From the IMG/VR virus record IMGVR_UViG_3300037424_000222, positions 1-55,598 of that record: DNA of 55,598 nucleotides; one strand, given 5' to 3'. The DNA comes from a virus. Its lineage: Duplodnaviria > Caudoviricetes. The position numbers and the translations under genes were made by a program. The notes below the pieces were generated by a model that saw only the letters and a list, made by a program, of their open reading frames with translations, was not told where the DNA came from and searched no databases. Each line of letters opens with the position of its first letter. Position 1 is the stretch's first letter. Shown here piece by piece: positions 1-8,618 of the stretch.

Positions 1-126
1 CCCAGGTGTATGGGAATGCTCGGGTGTGTGGGAATGCTCAGGTGTATGGGAGTACTCAGGTGTATGGGGATGCTCAGGTGTATGGGGATGCTTGGGTGTA
101 TGGGAATGCTCGGGTGTATGAGGATG
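1..126. repeat. Terminal overlap identical to 55473-55598 (circular assembly join)
   Basis: Bases 1-126 match the last 126 bases, and the reading frame of the repeat gene is preserved across the join. The join lies in a tandem repeat, so copy number is uncertain. Confidence 0.85.
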
Positions 127-357
127 CCCAGGTGTATGGGAATACTCAGGTGTATGGGAATACTCAGGTGTATGAGGATGCTCAGGTGTATGGGAATGCT
201 CGGGTGTGTGGGGATGCTCAGGTGTATGGGGATGCTTGGGTGTATGAGGATGCTTGGGTGTATGGGGATGCTCAGGTGTATGGGAATGCTCGGGTGTGTG
301 GGGATGCTCAGGTGTATGGGAATGCTCGGGTGTGTGGGAATGCTCAGGTGTATGAGA
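1..357 (+). repeat. 18-bp coding tandem repeat, consensus GTGTATGGGAATGCTCAG
   Basis: Contiguous 18-nt units visible directly. Confidence 0.95.
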
Positions 358-413
358 ATAAAGACAGTAAACCATATACGCACATACTAGGCTCTCTTTG
401 GAGAGAGGTATGA
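1..413 (+). CDS. C-terminal part of hexapeptide-repeat (left-handed beta-helix-like) protein starting at 54614
   Basis: V[YC][GE][NDS][AT][QRW] repeats, in frame with 54614-55598 across the join. Confidence 0.8.
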   Translation, partial: QVYGNARVCGNAQVYGSTQVYGDAQVYGDAWVYGNARVYEDAQVYGNTQVYGNTQVYEDAQVYGNARVCGDAQVYGDAWVYEDAWVYGDAQVYGNARVCGDAQVYGNARVCGNAQVYENKDSKPYTHILGSLWREV

Positions 414-688
414 TACCAATAGGAAAGATAAGGGACGGACTGCGTGTTAAGGTTGATCCAACTGCATTCAGGAGTAATGCGTATAAAGAGCGTGTCTTAC
501 GGATACACCCCAGCCTGTTCACGGCTACTTTCAAAGTAAAGAGGGGTCGGGTTGGGGAGATATTCTTGGAGGGGTTAGGTTCTTTTGAGTTTGAGTATTA
601 TCTTCTCAACTATGTAGAGGGAATACAGCAATTCCTATCCAGAGAGTCAGCTAGTGGTGCGTGGAGGGTTGCTGAGAAAGGAAAGTAA
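410..688 (+). CDS. Hypothetical protein
   Basis: ATG at 410 after GAGG, overlapping the upstream stop (ATGA). Confidence 0.6.
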   Translation: MIPIGKIRDGLRVKVDPTAFRSNAYKERVLRIHPSLFTATFKVKRGRVGEIFLEGLGSFEFEYYLLNYVEGIQQFLSRESASGAWRVAEKGK

Positions 689-740
689 GTAGGTAAGGTA
701 TGTAGTTATTGTTGGTTGCACCAAGAGAACCTATAAGGGT

Positions 741-770
741 ATTATACCATTCTTTTCTTTCTATTGTCAA
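741..770 (-). promoter_or_regulatory. Sigma70-type promoter, antisense to the surrounding genes
   Basis: Minus strand reads TTGACA-N18-TATAAT with an extended TG. Confidence 0.7.
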
Positions 771-785
771 GGTTAATCGTACATG

Positions 786-801
786 TAATTAAAATTAATT
801 A
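786..801. repeat. TAATTA-N4-TAATTA box
   Basis: TAATTAAAATTAATTA; related copies at 4024, 9565, 15076, 20361, 52351 and 54556. Confidence 0.8.
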
Positions 802-822
802 GGAAAACAAAAGGAGAACACC

Positions 823-984
823 TTGCAAAAGAATAAGAAGCACAACTTCACCGTACTTTTCCGTGGGATCAACGGTATCACTGAGGTTTCCTCTCATTCC
901 TCCTTTATCTCAGCACAGAGAGAGGTAGCAGGGATCAATCTTGTGCAAGTTAATAGTGAAGGTTGCAGGTATTCGCATGAGTAA
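823..984 (+). CDS. Small hypothetical protein (53 aa, TTG start)
   Basis: AGGAG RBS upstream; stop overlaps the start of the next gene. Confidence 0.45.
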   Translation: MQKNKKHNFTVLFRGINGITEVSSHSSFISAQREVAGINLVQVNSEGCRYSHE

Positions 985-1219
985 TGCAAAGGTATCATAT
1001 ACCTATGTAGTTCGTGAGTGTTTACAGGATCAACTGTGGACTAACTCTATGAGTGAGTATGTGAATGATGGTAAGGTGTATACTATTACTGCTTCTCCAG
1101 GACGTGGGTTGTACTTGTGTGAGGCGGGTTTTTACTTCCCAAAGGAAGCACTCAGGTTTCTAAGTAAGGCCGAGGAGTTTGCCTACCTCAACGGTGGGCT
1201 GAGGGTGGTGAAGGTATGA
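977..1219 (+). CDS. Small hypothetical protein
   Basis: ATG 977 within ORF 941-1219; coupled to the next gene. Confidence 0.6.
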   Translation: MSNAKVSYTYVVRECLQDQLWTNSMSEYVNDGKVYTITASPGRGLYLCEAGFYFPKEALRFLSKAEEFAYLNGGLRVVKV

Positions 1220-1446
1220 AAAAGAAAATGATGTATGTGGGGTATACGGGCCGTAATAATCGGTTTGCTATACATGGTAGGGTTTATGAAGTTAGTACTA
1301 CTGAGTCACCCAGCCACGTGTTTATTAAGGAGATGAGATACTTCGTATTTAAGGATGATTTTGAGGTTCTCTCTGCTCCTGAGGTTATGCTGCATAAAGC
1401 CAGGATGCGTAGTGAAACCTGTGGTAACTGGAAGGTACAAAAGTAG
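1216..1446 (+). CDS. Small hypothetical protein
   Basis: ATGA overlap with the previous gene. Confidence 0.6.
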   Translation: MKKKMMYVGYTGRNNRFAIHGRVYEVSTTESPSHVFIKEMRYFVFKDDFEVLSAPEVMLHKARMRSETCGNWKVQK

Positions 1447-1474
1447 TTAAATAAAAACAGAGGAGTACACGTAA

Positions 1475-2242
1475 ATGGCAAAGGTATATATCTACCCCTA
1501 CAAAATGAGTAGCACCTCCGCAACACTTCTTGCATCTGCATTGAGGACAAAGAAGGTGTATCCTGACCGTAACTTTGATCCCCGTGGTAATAAAATTATT
1601 ATCAACTGGGGTTCTTCTCTTACTCCTAACTGGAATCAGGATAATATCTTGAATCATTCCCGCAATGTAGCTATTGCAAGTAATAAGTTGAGCGCATTTC
1701 AGGCACTCCGGGATAATAATAATATCCTCACCCCACCCTGGACTACTGAGAGGTGTGAGGCTAAGGGGATGCTCATGTATGGTGGGCTTCTATATGTCCG
1801 AACACTCCTATGTGCCTCAGGTGGTAATGGTATTGAGGTTATTACTGATAGGAATGCGGAAGTTCCCTCTGCCCCCCTCTATACAGGAGGGATAAAGTGT
1901 AAACGGGAGTACCGTGTCCATGTATTCAGGGGCAACGTGATAGATGTTGTTGCTAAGGTGAAGCCTGATGGTGGGGATACGGTTGTAAATGATTATATCC
2001 GTAACCATACCCGTGGTTACATCTTCGCCAGGGCTTCTGTCCGTATCCCCGATGAAGTACGTCAAGAGTTGCATGATTTGGCAATACGATCCATCAATGC
2101 ACTTGACCTTGACTTTGGGGCTGTTGATATTATTCGTGGTCTGGATAATTCTCTCTCAGTTCTTGAGGTGAATACTGCACCTGGGATTACCGGGAATACC
2201 TTGGAGGCATATGTAACTGCGATTACTGCACTATCCAACTAA
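1475..2242 (+). CDS. ATP-grasp peptide ligase (RimK-like, phiEco32/PaP3 type)
   Basis: IINWG, NKL, EYRVHV, IRNH..G, LDFGAVDI and LEVNTAPG motifs. Confidence 0.9.
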   Translation: MAKVYIYPYKMSSTSATLLASALRTKKVYPDRNFDPRGNKIIINWGSSLTPNWNQDNILNHSRNVAIASNKLSAFQALRDNNNILTPPWTTERCEAKGMLMYGGLLYVRTLLCASGGNGIEVITDRNAEVPSAPLYTGGIKCKREYRVHVFRGNVIDVVAKVKPDGGDTVVNDYIRNHTRGYIFARASVRIPDEVRQELHDLAIRSINALDLDFGAVDIIRGLDNSLSVLEVNTAPGITGNTLEAYVTAITALSN

Positions 2243-2297
2243 CCCTTGCTTAAATTCATCTATCTTTGAACAATAAAAAAAACAAAGGAATACTACA

Positions 2298-3950
2298 ATG
2301 AACTGTGTTAATTGCTCGGCTGTGCTTTCCCAGGATGATTCCCAGGATACTCTCATCGGAACCAATGAAAGTTCTTATGGCCCCTGCTGTAATACCTGCT
2401 GGGGTTTTGCAAGAATCTGTGATAATTGTTCTTCTATCTTTTCCTCTGATGCTTCCGGCATCATTGCTGGTGAACATGGACACCTCTGCCAAACCTGTGC
2501 CGAATCTGTGTCCTCCTGTTCTTGTTGTGGTCGTATCACAGATGAGGGTTCCCTTATTGACCTCGGTTCCTCAGGTAAGGTATGTCAATCCTGCAAAGAC
2601 TCAAAATACTTTCTTTGCCCCTCATGCAATACTTACCATAAGAAGATGGACTCCATCGAGAATGATAAGGTCATGCAGCTTAGGTTTCCCGGACTATGGA
2701 AAGCATACAAGGCAGGAAGACCCATTGGAAATCATTCTTGTATTCCTTGCTTCCTCTCTCTTAGAACTACGCATAAGGAGTACCGTGTATTCACCTGTAA
2801 GCGGTGCGGGGAACACAGTAACCACGTAATGGAAATGGTGGATGATGATGGTTCTCCTCTTGATTACTGCCATAAATGTGAGAGTCACGTATTCAAGTGT
2901 AAGGTATGCTCATCCTACCATACGGAGGGAAGTAGCGTAGCCTCTGTTGGTGGTAAGGTGTGTCAGGTTTGTATGAGGAACTTCTCCTACTGTCCGAGTT
3001 GTGGTAGTACAGTGCATAACTCACACTTTGATATGGAAGAGAACATGTGCAAGGTGTGTTTCAGTAAGGTAGTCAAGTGTCAATCCTGTGGAAGAAACAC
3101 AGTATCTACCCACACCATTGGGGGCAAGGTGGTATGTCCTGATTGCCATAGAAAAGCTGGTAAGTGTGATGTGTGTAGCTGTGTCTCTCTTAAACTGTAT
3201 ACCTATGAGAATGCTGGTGGTAAGTACTGCCGTAAGTGTGCATCCAGTCGCTTGCTTGGTCGAGCAGAGAGTTACTCCTTCAAACCTTACGCCGTTATGC
3301 ATGGAAAGAAAGCCGATCTATTTATGGGGTTTGAGAATGAAATCTCTGTGCGTAGTGGGGAGAGTATCCCTGTAAACATTGCCAAGGTACTCAACCATTA
3401 CTCTGAGGATCAGCTGTACATCAAGAGTGATAGTTCAGTATCTCATGGTTTTGAGGAGGTATCCCATCCCTTCACCTTTGATGAGTTTAAGAAGGTAAAC
3501 TGGGAGTATCTCTTCACCGCTCAGACTGTTAAGCATAACTCTTGTGGGTTTCATGTCCACCTGAATCGGTCTGCGTTTACCACTTTGCACATGTACAAGT
3601 TCATTAATTTTATTCACAACAACGAGGCGTTCATTGAGAAACTTGCTGGCCGTAAGCCGAACAACTATGCAAGAGATTTGCAGTATACTCCGAAGGAAGG
3701 GGCAAAGGTTAAACTTGGATGGGATAGATACAATAAGGTTAACCTGAATCCACTGGCAACCATTGAATTGCGGTTCTTTGCAGGGTGTGCTGATCTGTAT
3801 CACCTCATGTATCGTTTGGAGTTCTGCCATGCCTTGTATATTTTCTCCAAGAACAACAGTGAGAAGGGTATGGGGGTTGGTTCCTTTACTTCCTTTGTAC
3901 AAAAGAGTCAGAAGGACTACCCGTACCTCTCTGATTATCTCTCTGCATAA
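2298..3950 (+). CDS. Amidoligase (COOH-NH2 ligase) with long N-terminal CxxC zinc-ribbon array
   Basis: GFENE, KSDSS..GFEEVSHP, CGFHVH, RYNKVN and TIELRFF motifs; many CxxC pairs in the first ~320 aa. Confidence 0.85.
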   Translation: MNCVNCSAVLSQDDSQDTLIGTNESSYGPCCNTCWGFARICDNCSSIFSSDASGIIAGEHGHLCQTCAESVSSCSCCGRITDEGSLIDLGSSGKVCQSCKDSKYFLCPSCNTYHKKMDSIENDKVMQLRFPGLWKAYKAGRPIGNHSCIPCFLSLRTTHKEYRVFTCKRCGEHSNHVMEMVDDDGSPLDYCHKCESHVFKCKVCSSYHTEGSSVASVGGKVCQVCMRNFSYCPSCGSTVHNSHFDMEENMCKVCFSKVVKCQSCGRNTVSTHTIGGKVVCPDCHRKAGKCDVCSCVSLKLYTYENAGGKYCRKCASSRLLGRAESYSFKPYAVMHGKKADLFMGFENEISVRSGESIPVNIAKVLNHYSEDQLYIKSDSSVSHGFEEVSHPFTFDEFKKVNWEYLFTAQTVKHNSCGFHVHLNRSAFTTLHMYKFINFIHNNEAFIEKLAGRKPNNYARDLQYTPKEGAKVKLGWDRYNKVNLNPLATIELRFFAGCADLYHLMYRLEFCHALYIFSKNNSEKGMGVGSFTSFVQKSQKDYPYLSDYLSA

Positions 3951-3964
3951 GAGGTTTATCACCC

Positions 3965-4039
3965 AAGACTACGAAGTAGGCTTTGCCTCTTCTAAAGACT
4001 GCGAAGCAGGATTGTCCTACCTCTAATTAAAATTAATTA
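3965..4039 (-). repeat. Composite element: TAATTA box plus two tandem 30-bp double-hairpin units (inverted relative to the 15076 and 54556 copies)
   Basis: AAGACTACGAAGTAGGCTTTGCCT and AAGACTGCGAAGCAGGATTGTCCT, followed by TAATTAAAATTAATTA. Confidence 0.85.
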
Positions 4040-4042
4040 CCC

Positions 4043-4071
4043 TTGACATAAAGGGAAAGAGAGATTATAAT
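4043..4071 (+). promoter_or_regulatory. Sigma70-like promoter whose -10 overlaps the GATase start codon
   Basis: TTGACA-N17-TATAAT. Confidence 0.45.
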
Positions 4072-5023
4072 GTGTATTGCAATCTATAAACCCGCTGGTA
4101 AGGTACTGAGCAGAGAGTTGTTGAAGAACTGCTTTGATAATAACTCTGATGGTTGTGGTTTTTCCTATGTACAAACGGACAACGAGGGGAACAGCCACCT
4201 TAAGGCTAAGAAAACCATGTACTTTGAGGTATTCTACCGTCAGTATTTGAGGGCTACCCGATTGGAACCTACGAGTCCCTTCTTAATCCACTTCCGTATT
4301 GGTACACATGGTGTACTTAGCCGGTATAACTGTCACCCCTTTATCATCGACAAGAAGCATCACTTCATCCATAATGGTATCATCCATAAGATGCCAGCTT
4401 GTGCCAAGAAGAAGAAAAGTGATACGCAAATCTTCAATGATGTTATCCTCAAGAAGTTGGGTGAGGGTTGGTTCTACAACGAGGCTATCCTTGCCCTTAT
4501 TGAGGATTACATTGGTGCTGGTTCCAAGTTGATCTTTCTTAATGTGGATAAGGATGTGGTAATCTGCAATATGAAAGCAGGGGTATGGGAGGATGATGTG
4601 TGGTTCTCAAACTCCTCTTACAAAGAGCGTAAGGTGTATAATAACTACAGCAAGAGTAGCTACTACAACACCCATTCATGGAAGAAGGAAGAGAAAGAAG
4701 AGAAGAAGTTGCTGCCCTTTGTTAAAGAGAAGAAGGAAACTGTAGGGCAAAAGGTTGTGAACTTTGCTACGGATACCTTGGGGTATGGCCGTTCTCTTAC
4801 ATTATTTCCTGAGGATGAGCATGATGAGGTTGACCAGCAGTTTCTTGATAGCCTCGAGGAGAGTAAGGCTATTGAGAGAGACTCAACCTGTTTTGTGTGT
4901 GGCATTGTTGATATTACTGGTGGTATCCACAACGTACCCCTGGATGGTTACTTCACCCCTATGTGTGCAGCCTGTGAGAATACCTACAATAAGCATGGTA
5001 TGGCTGGATTGACGGAGCAATAG
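4070..5023 (+). CDS. Class II (Ntn) glutamine amidotransferase
   Basis: N-terminal MC nucleophile, N.DG.G, HFRIGTHG, NCHPF, HNG and SDT motifs. Confidence 0.9.
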   Translation: MCIAIYKPAGKVLSRELLKNCFDNNSDGCGFSYVQTDNEGNSHLKAKKTMYFEVFYRQYLRATRLEPTSPFLIHFRIGTHGVLSRYNCHPFIIDKKHHFIHNGIIHKMPACAKKKKSDTQIFNDVILKKLGEGWFYNEAILALIEDYIGAGSKLIFLNVDKDVVICNMKAGVWEDDVWFSNSSYKERKVYNNYSKSSYYNTHSWKKEEKEEKKLLPFVKEKKETVGQKVVNFATDTLGYGRSLTLFPEDEHDEVDQQFLDSLEESKAIERDSTCFVCGIVDITGGIHNVPLDGYFTPMCAACENTYNKHGMAGLTEQ

Positions 5024-5032
5024 GAGGCGGCT

Positions 5033-5245
5033 ATGATTAGCATACGAGAGGGAATGCTTGTTATGTGCGATGGTAGCATAGAAAGGGTGTTTGTACACAA
5101 CACCGATTATGTAGCATTCAGTGGTAGGAGAGGGGTATACAATAGGGAGGGACTATCTATTCCAAGTAATTTAGATATGTACCTGTATACGCATAAGAAC
5201 CTGACAAGGGTTAAGAAAGAAGGAGGCCCACTATGCCCACCTTAA
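5033..5245 (+). CDS. Small hypothetical protein (paralog of 5233-5436)
   Basis: GGAGG RBS; shares RVF and SNLD motifs with the next gene. Confidence 0.65.
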   Translation: MISIREGMLVMCDGSIERVFVHNTDYVAFSGRRGVYNREGLSIPSNLDMYLYTHKNLTRVKKEGGPLCPP

Positions 5246-5436
5246 CTGCCAATTTAGAGGGTAAGTATGTTATATACGGGAGCGCTATTCGCAGAGTATT
5301 TGCAAGTGGGGAAGAGTATGTCATGTTCTATAATGATGCATACACAGTTGCTAGGATACGGGACTTGAAACTCGCAAGTAATCTGGATTTGTTTGTCTTT
5401 AATAATATGGGGCTAAAGAGGATAAAAAATGAGTGA
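5233..5436 (+). CDS. Small hypothetical protein (paralog of 5033-5245)
   Basis: GGAGG RBS; RVF and SNLD motifs. Confidence 0.65.
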   Translation: MPTLTANLEGKYVIYGSAIRRVFASGEEYVMFYNDAYTVARIRDLKLASNLDLFVFNNMGLKRIKNE

Positions 5437-5731
5437 TAAAAGAAGAAATAACTTTATTGGTAAGCAGGTACAACTGACACCAATCCCAGGTAGTTACCAG
5501 TATGAGAAACTCCCAAGCACCATTGGGACTATTATCGGGGCATATGGGAAAGGACAACCTATCCACCCCAAAACAGTCCAGTACTGCCTGGAGTTGACCG
5601 AGAAGGACTGGCAGTTCCATGAGCTAGTTGAACTGGAGAATACCCAGAGAACAGTTGTACAAACTGTTGATATGGAAATCATTATCTTTGATATATGGCC
5701 AGGAGATTCCCCTGCTATGGTGCTGACATGA
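5429..5731 (+). CDS. Hypothetical protein
   Basis: Overlap-coupled ORF in the operon. Confidence 0.6.
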   Translation: MSDKRRNNFIGKQVQLTPIPGSYQYEKLPSTIGTIIGAYGKGQPIHPKTVQYCLELTEKDWQFHELVELENTQRTVVQTVDMEIIIFDIWPGDSPAMVLT

Positions 5732-5949
5732 GTGCCGATGAGAGGGAGTACTTGGTGTGTGTGGATAGTGGTGGTAATAGAAATGTAACTATGGGTAAGA
5801 TTTATATTATTCTTACCAAGAAGCAGTTGTATCCCCCAGATAAAAGAGGTAATAGGGCATACTACGCTTTAGTAAGTGATAGTGGTCGTTGGGTTACACT
5901 CTACGGGTACCGTTTCAAAAAGCTGCAAGTTAAGAAAGGAGACCGCTAA
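5728..5949 (+). CDS. Small hypothetical protein
   Basis: ATGA overlap; CVD...TMGKIY pattern typical of small phage beta-barrel proteins. Confidence 0.55.
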   Translation: MSADEREYLVCVDSGGNRNVTMGKIYIILTKKQLYPPDKRGNRAYYALVSDSGRWVTLYGYRFKKLQVKKGDR

Positions 5950-6221
5950 TGCGATGCAAGGCATGTAATAAGGCTATGTCTGAGAAGGAACAGTATTGGG
6001 ATGATAGGCGTAACTGCCTTAATGAGTATTGCTTAGAGTGTATTCGAGCCGATAACATGGGGCTTGATACACCAGCTATCATCGAGAGGTATGAGCAGCA
6101 GTTCGCAGATAGCGTAATGGAACAGAGGAGTAGCGGGGAGGTTAGTGGGCAACCAGTAGAACTTCTACTAGATAACCTAGATAGTCTGATTTTTACAGAG
6201 GGTATGGAGGTATGGGAATGA
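5949..6221 (+). CDS. Zinc-finger protein
   Basis: MRCKACN...YCLEC, a family often found upstream of podovirus primases. Confidence 0.65.
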   Translation: MRCKACNKAMSEKEQYWDDRRNCLNEYCLECIRADNMGLDTPAIIERYEQQFADSVMEQRSSGEVSGQPVELLLDNLDSLIFTEGMEVWE

Positions 6222-6562
6222 CACTAAGTATACTCCAGTTGAATGCAGTCTTCAATAACAAGGGTGTGCTTACACTATGTGAGTATTGTGGGTGTATCTA
6301 CGTGGGTGATCTGTGTGAGTGCCGTAGGATAGCTGCAATCAATAGTCACTATGGGGATGATCAGGTAGAGAGGCTCTATCAAAGAGCTATTATGGTAGAG
6401 CATCCGCATAGGACACCTCGAAGAGCTGTCGATTGGTTTGGTGAATCCTACGATGTTTCTTCTTTTGCACCAAGCTCAATAGAGGAAGAATTAGTAGAAG
6501 AGACAGGGGAAGAGGAGGTTAGTCATGCCATTAGCAATCGCAGAAATCCATGTACTTTTTAA
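6218..6562 (+). CDS. Hypothetical Cys4 protein (N-terminus paralogous to 6525-6806)
   Basis: CEYC...LCECRR. Confidence 0.55.
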   Translation: MTLSILQLNAVFNNKGVLTLCEYCGCIYVGDLCECRRIAAINSHYGDDQVERLYQRAIMVEHPHRTPRRAVDWFGESYDVSSFAPSSIEEELVEETGEEEVSHAISNRRNPCTF

Positions 6563-6806
6563 TAGTAAGTATAAATACTCCTACTGCCCAGAATGCGAGG
6601 CTTACCACCTAGGTGGTCTATGTCTTTGTAGACAGGTACAAGATATTGAAAGAGAACTTGATAGTGTGTATGATGACAGGGATGATGCTTCCTCCCAGAT
6701 TAGTGAGTTGGAGGATGAGGTGGCAGTTCTCGAAGACACCATATCTGAGTTACGTGATGATATAATTGAGCTACGAAGGCAACTAGAGGAAGAGAGGGAT
6801 GAGTAG
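6525..6806 (+). CDS. Cys4 plus acidic coiled-coil protein
   Basis: CPEC...LCLCRQ followed by an acidic heptad-rich tail; GGAGG RBS. Confidence 0.6.
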   Translation: MPLAIAEIHVLFNSKYKYSYCPECEAYHLGGLCLCRQVQDIERELDSVYDDRDDASSQISELEDEVAVLEDTISELRDDIIELRRQLEEERDE

Positions 6807-6916
6807 CGAGGTGGGACAGGATGGATTAAAAGTACTACGAATAAAACTCCTTGAACTTGAGGAGGAACTAAGGAGACTTGAGGATCAATTAAGGATTGCA
6901 ATAATGGGAGAAGAAA

Positions 6917-8617
6917 ATGAGTAAGGTAAAGTATACGATTGTGGGTGATGAGGGGTGTCCATCATGCCAATCTATTGGTAAAGATTCCTCTGGTAATCAC
7001 CTCATTGTTTTTAGTAATGGGGGTAAACATTGCAACAGGTGTAAGTATACTGTGCTACCTTCGGGGGATACGAAGGGTGGGTACTTGGCACCAACTAAGG
7101 GTGAAGGTTCTACGGGATTAACCCTTGCTCTAGACTCCCATATCACTGATCATAAGGAGAGCATGGAGGATACCAACTCCCTCCCCACAGGTCTTGAGAT
7201 ATTGGAGAGGGGTATTAGTAAGGATACAACTGCATTTTATGGGGTACGCTTTGGGCTTTCGCAAAGTGATGGGAGTACAATCACTGAACACTACTACCCC
7301 TACTACCTTGCAGAGGATACCAATAAACTTACGGGGTATAAGAAGAGGCTGCTACCAAAGAAGTTCTACTCAGTTGGTATGCTAAAGGTTCCTGTTACTT
7401 TCTTTGGTCAGCAAAAGTTTAGTGGTGGTGGTAAGAAGCTACTGATTACTGGTGGTGAGTTGGATACGCTGGCTGGATACCAGATGCTTAAGAAGAAGTA
7501 TCCTCAATCATTTCCACAGGTTGTATCTCTCCCAAAAGGGGAGGCATCTATTAGCGCATTTAAGGACAACATTGACTTCATACAGAGTTATGAGGAAGTA
7601 ATTGTAGCAACTGATATGGATGATGCTGGTAGAAAGATGGCAAAGGATATTGCCTCCCTCCTTGGACGTAAGGCACTACTTATGTCCTTCTCTGAGAAAG
7701 ATGCATCCGATATGTTGAAGTATGGAAAGGAGGAGGAGTTTATCTCAGCCTTCTACTCGGCTAGACCATACCGACCTGAGTGTGTTGTCACGGTTGATGA
7801 TGTGTATGAGGAGGCTATTAAGATGCCTGAGTGGGGTCTATCCTACCCTTGGCCCTCCCTTACACAGCTAACCTATGGTATCCGTGAGAAGGAGTGTATC
7901 TACCTAGGTGCTGGTGTTGGTATTGGTAAGACAGACTGGGCCTTACAGCTACAGGAACACATCATCAACCACCACAAGCAGGTACCTGGGCTATTCATGC
8001 TGGAACAGCCTGTAGCTCGAACACTGAAAACACTGGCTGGTAAGTTTGCCGGTATCCCGTTTCATAAGCCGGATGCTATCTTCACACACGACCAGCTTAA
8101 GGAGGGGATTGACCGGCTTCGTGGGAAGGTACTACTGTATAACCACTTTGGTACAAAGGATTGGGAAACCGTAAAACAAGCTATCCGTATTATGGTTATG
8201 GATGATGGGGTTAAGCAAATTTTTATTGATCCCCTCACAGCCCTTGTATCCCACCTCAGTAGTAGTGAGGCCAATGATGAGTTGAATAAGATAGCGGGAG
8301 AGTTAGCGAGTATGGCGCATGAGCTATCTTTCACCGTCTTTGGCTTTTCACACCTTAACCCACCAAAGACCAGCAAGCCACATGAGAGGGGTGGTAAGGT
8401 GCATGAGTCCCAGTTCACAGGTTCCCGTGGGCTTATGCGGTATGGTCATTACCTCTTCGGAATTGAGAGAGACAAAGACCCCGAACTGGATGAGGATGTA
8501 AGAAATACTAGTAACTTTGTCCTCCTAAAGGACAGAGAGTTTGGTAATGTAGGAAACTTCGAGATTTTTTATAATAAGAATAATACCACTTTTCTAGAAC
8601 CACTAATGGGGAAATAA
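6917..8617 (+). CDS. T7 gp4-like DNA primase-helicase
   Basis: Zn ribbon CPSC..CNRC; TOPRIM GGELD and DMDDAG; Walker A GAGVGIGKT; IFIDPL; SHL; GSRG; LKDR. Confidence 0.95.
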   Translation: MSKVKYTIVGDEGCPSCQSIGKDSSGNHLIVFSNGGKHCNRCKYTVLPSGDTKGGYLAPTKGEGSTGLTLALDSHITDHKESMEDTNSLPTGLEILERGISKDTTAFYGVRFGLSQSDGSTITEHYYPYYLAEDTNKLTGYKKRLLPKKFYSVGMLKVPVTFFGQQKFSGGGKKLLITGGELDTLAGYQMLKKKYPQSFPQVVSLPKGEASISAFKDNIDFIQSYEEVIVATDMDDAGRKMAKDIASLLGRKALLMSFSEKDASDMLKYGKEEEFISAFYSARPYRPECVVTVDDVYEEAIKMPEWGLSYPWPSLTQLTYGIREKECIYLGAGVGIGKTDWALQLQEHIINHHKQVPGLFMLEQPVARTLKTLAGKFAGIPFHKPDAIFTHDQLKEGIDRLRGKVLLYNHFGTKDWETVKQAIRIMVMDDGVKQIFIDPLTALVSHLSSSEANDELNKIAGELASMAHELSFTVFGFSHLNPPKTSKPHERGGKVHESQFTGSRGLMRYGHYLFGIERDKDPELDEDVRNTSNFVLLKDREFGNVGNFEIFYNKNNTTFLEPLMGK

Positions 8618-8618
8618 G

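Noticed and set aside
1-126. Biological direct terminal repeat
   Set aside because: The overlap lies mid-gene within a tandem repeat and looks like an assembler overlap; real termini more likely lie near 52.0-52.6 kb.
10-390. Alternative-frame ORFs (MGMLRC..., and GVWECS... at 54772-54999)
   Set aside because: By-products of the 18-bp periodicity; only the V-Y-G-N-A frame has an RBS and a recognisable N-terminal domain.
2298-3260. Multiheme cytochrome
   Set aside because: Only one CxxCH among many CxxC pairs and no signal peptide; better explained as zinc ribbons.
7440-7470. Inactive primase because TEGE reads TGGE
   Set aside because: From recall, GGE variants occur in other phage primase-helicases, and the remaining acidic motifs are intact.
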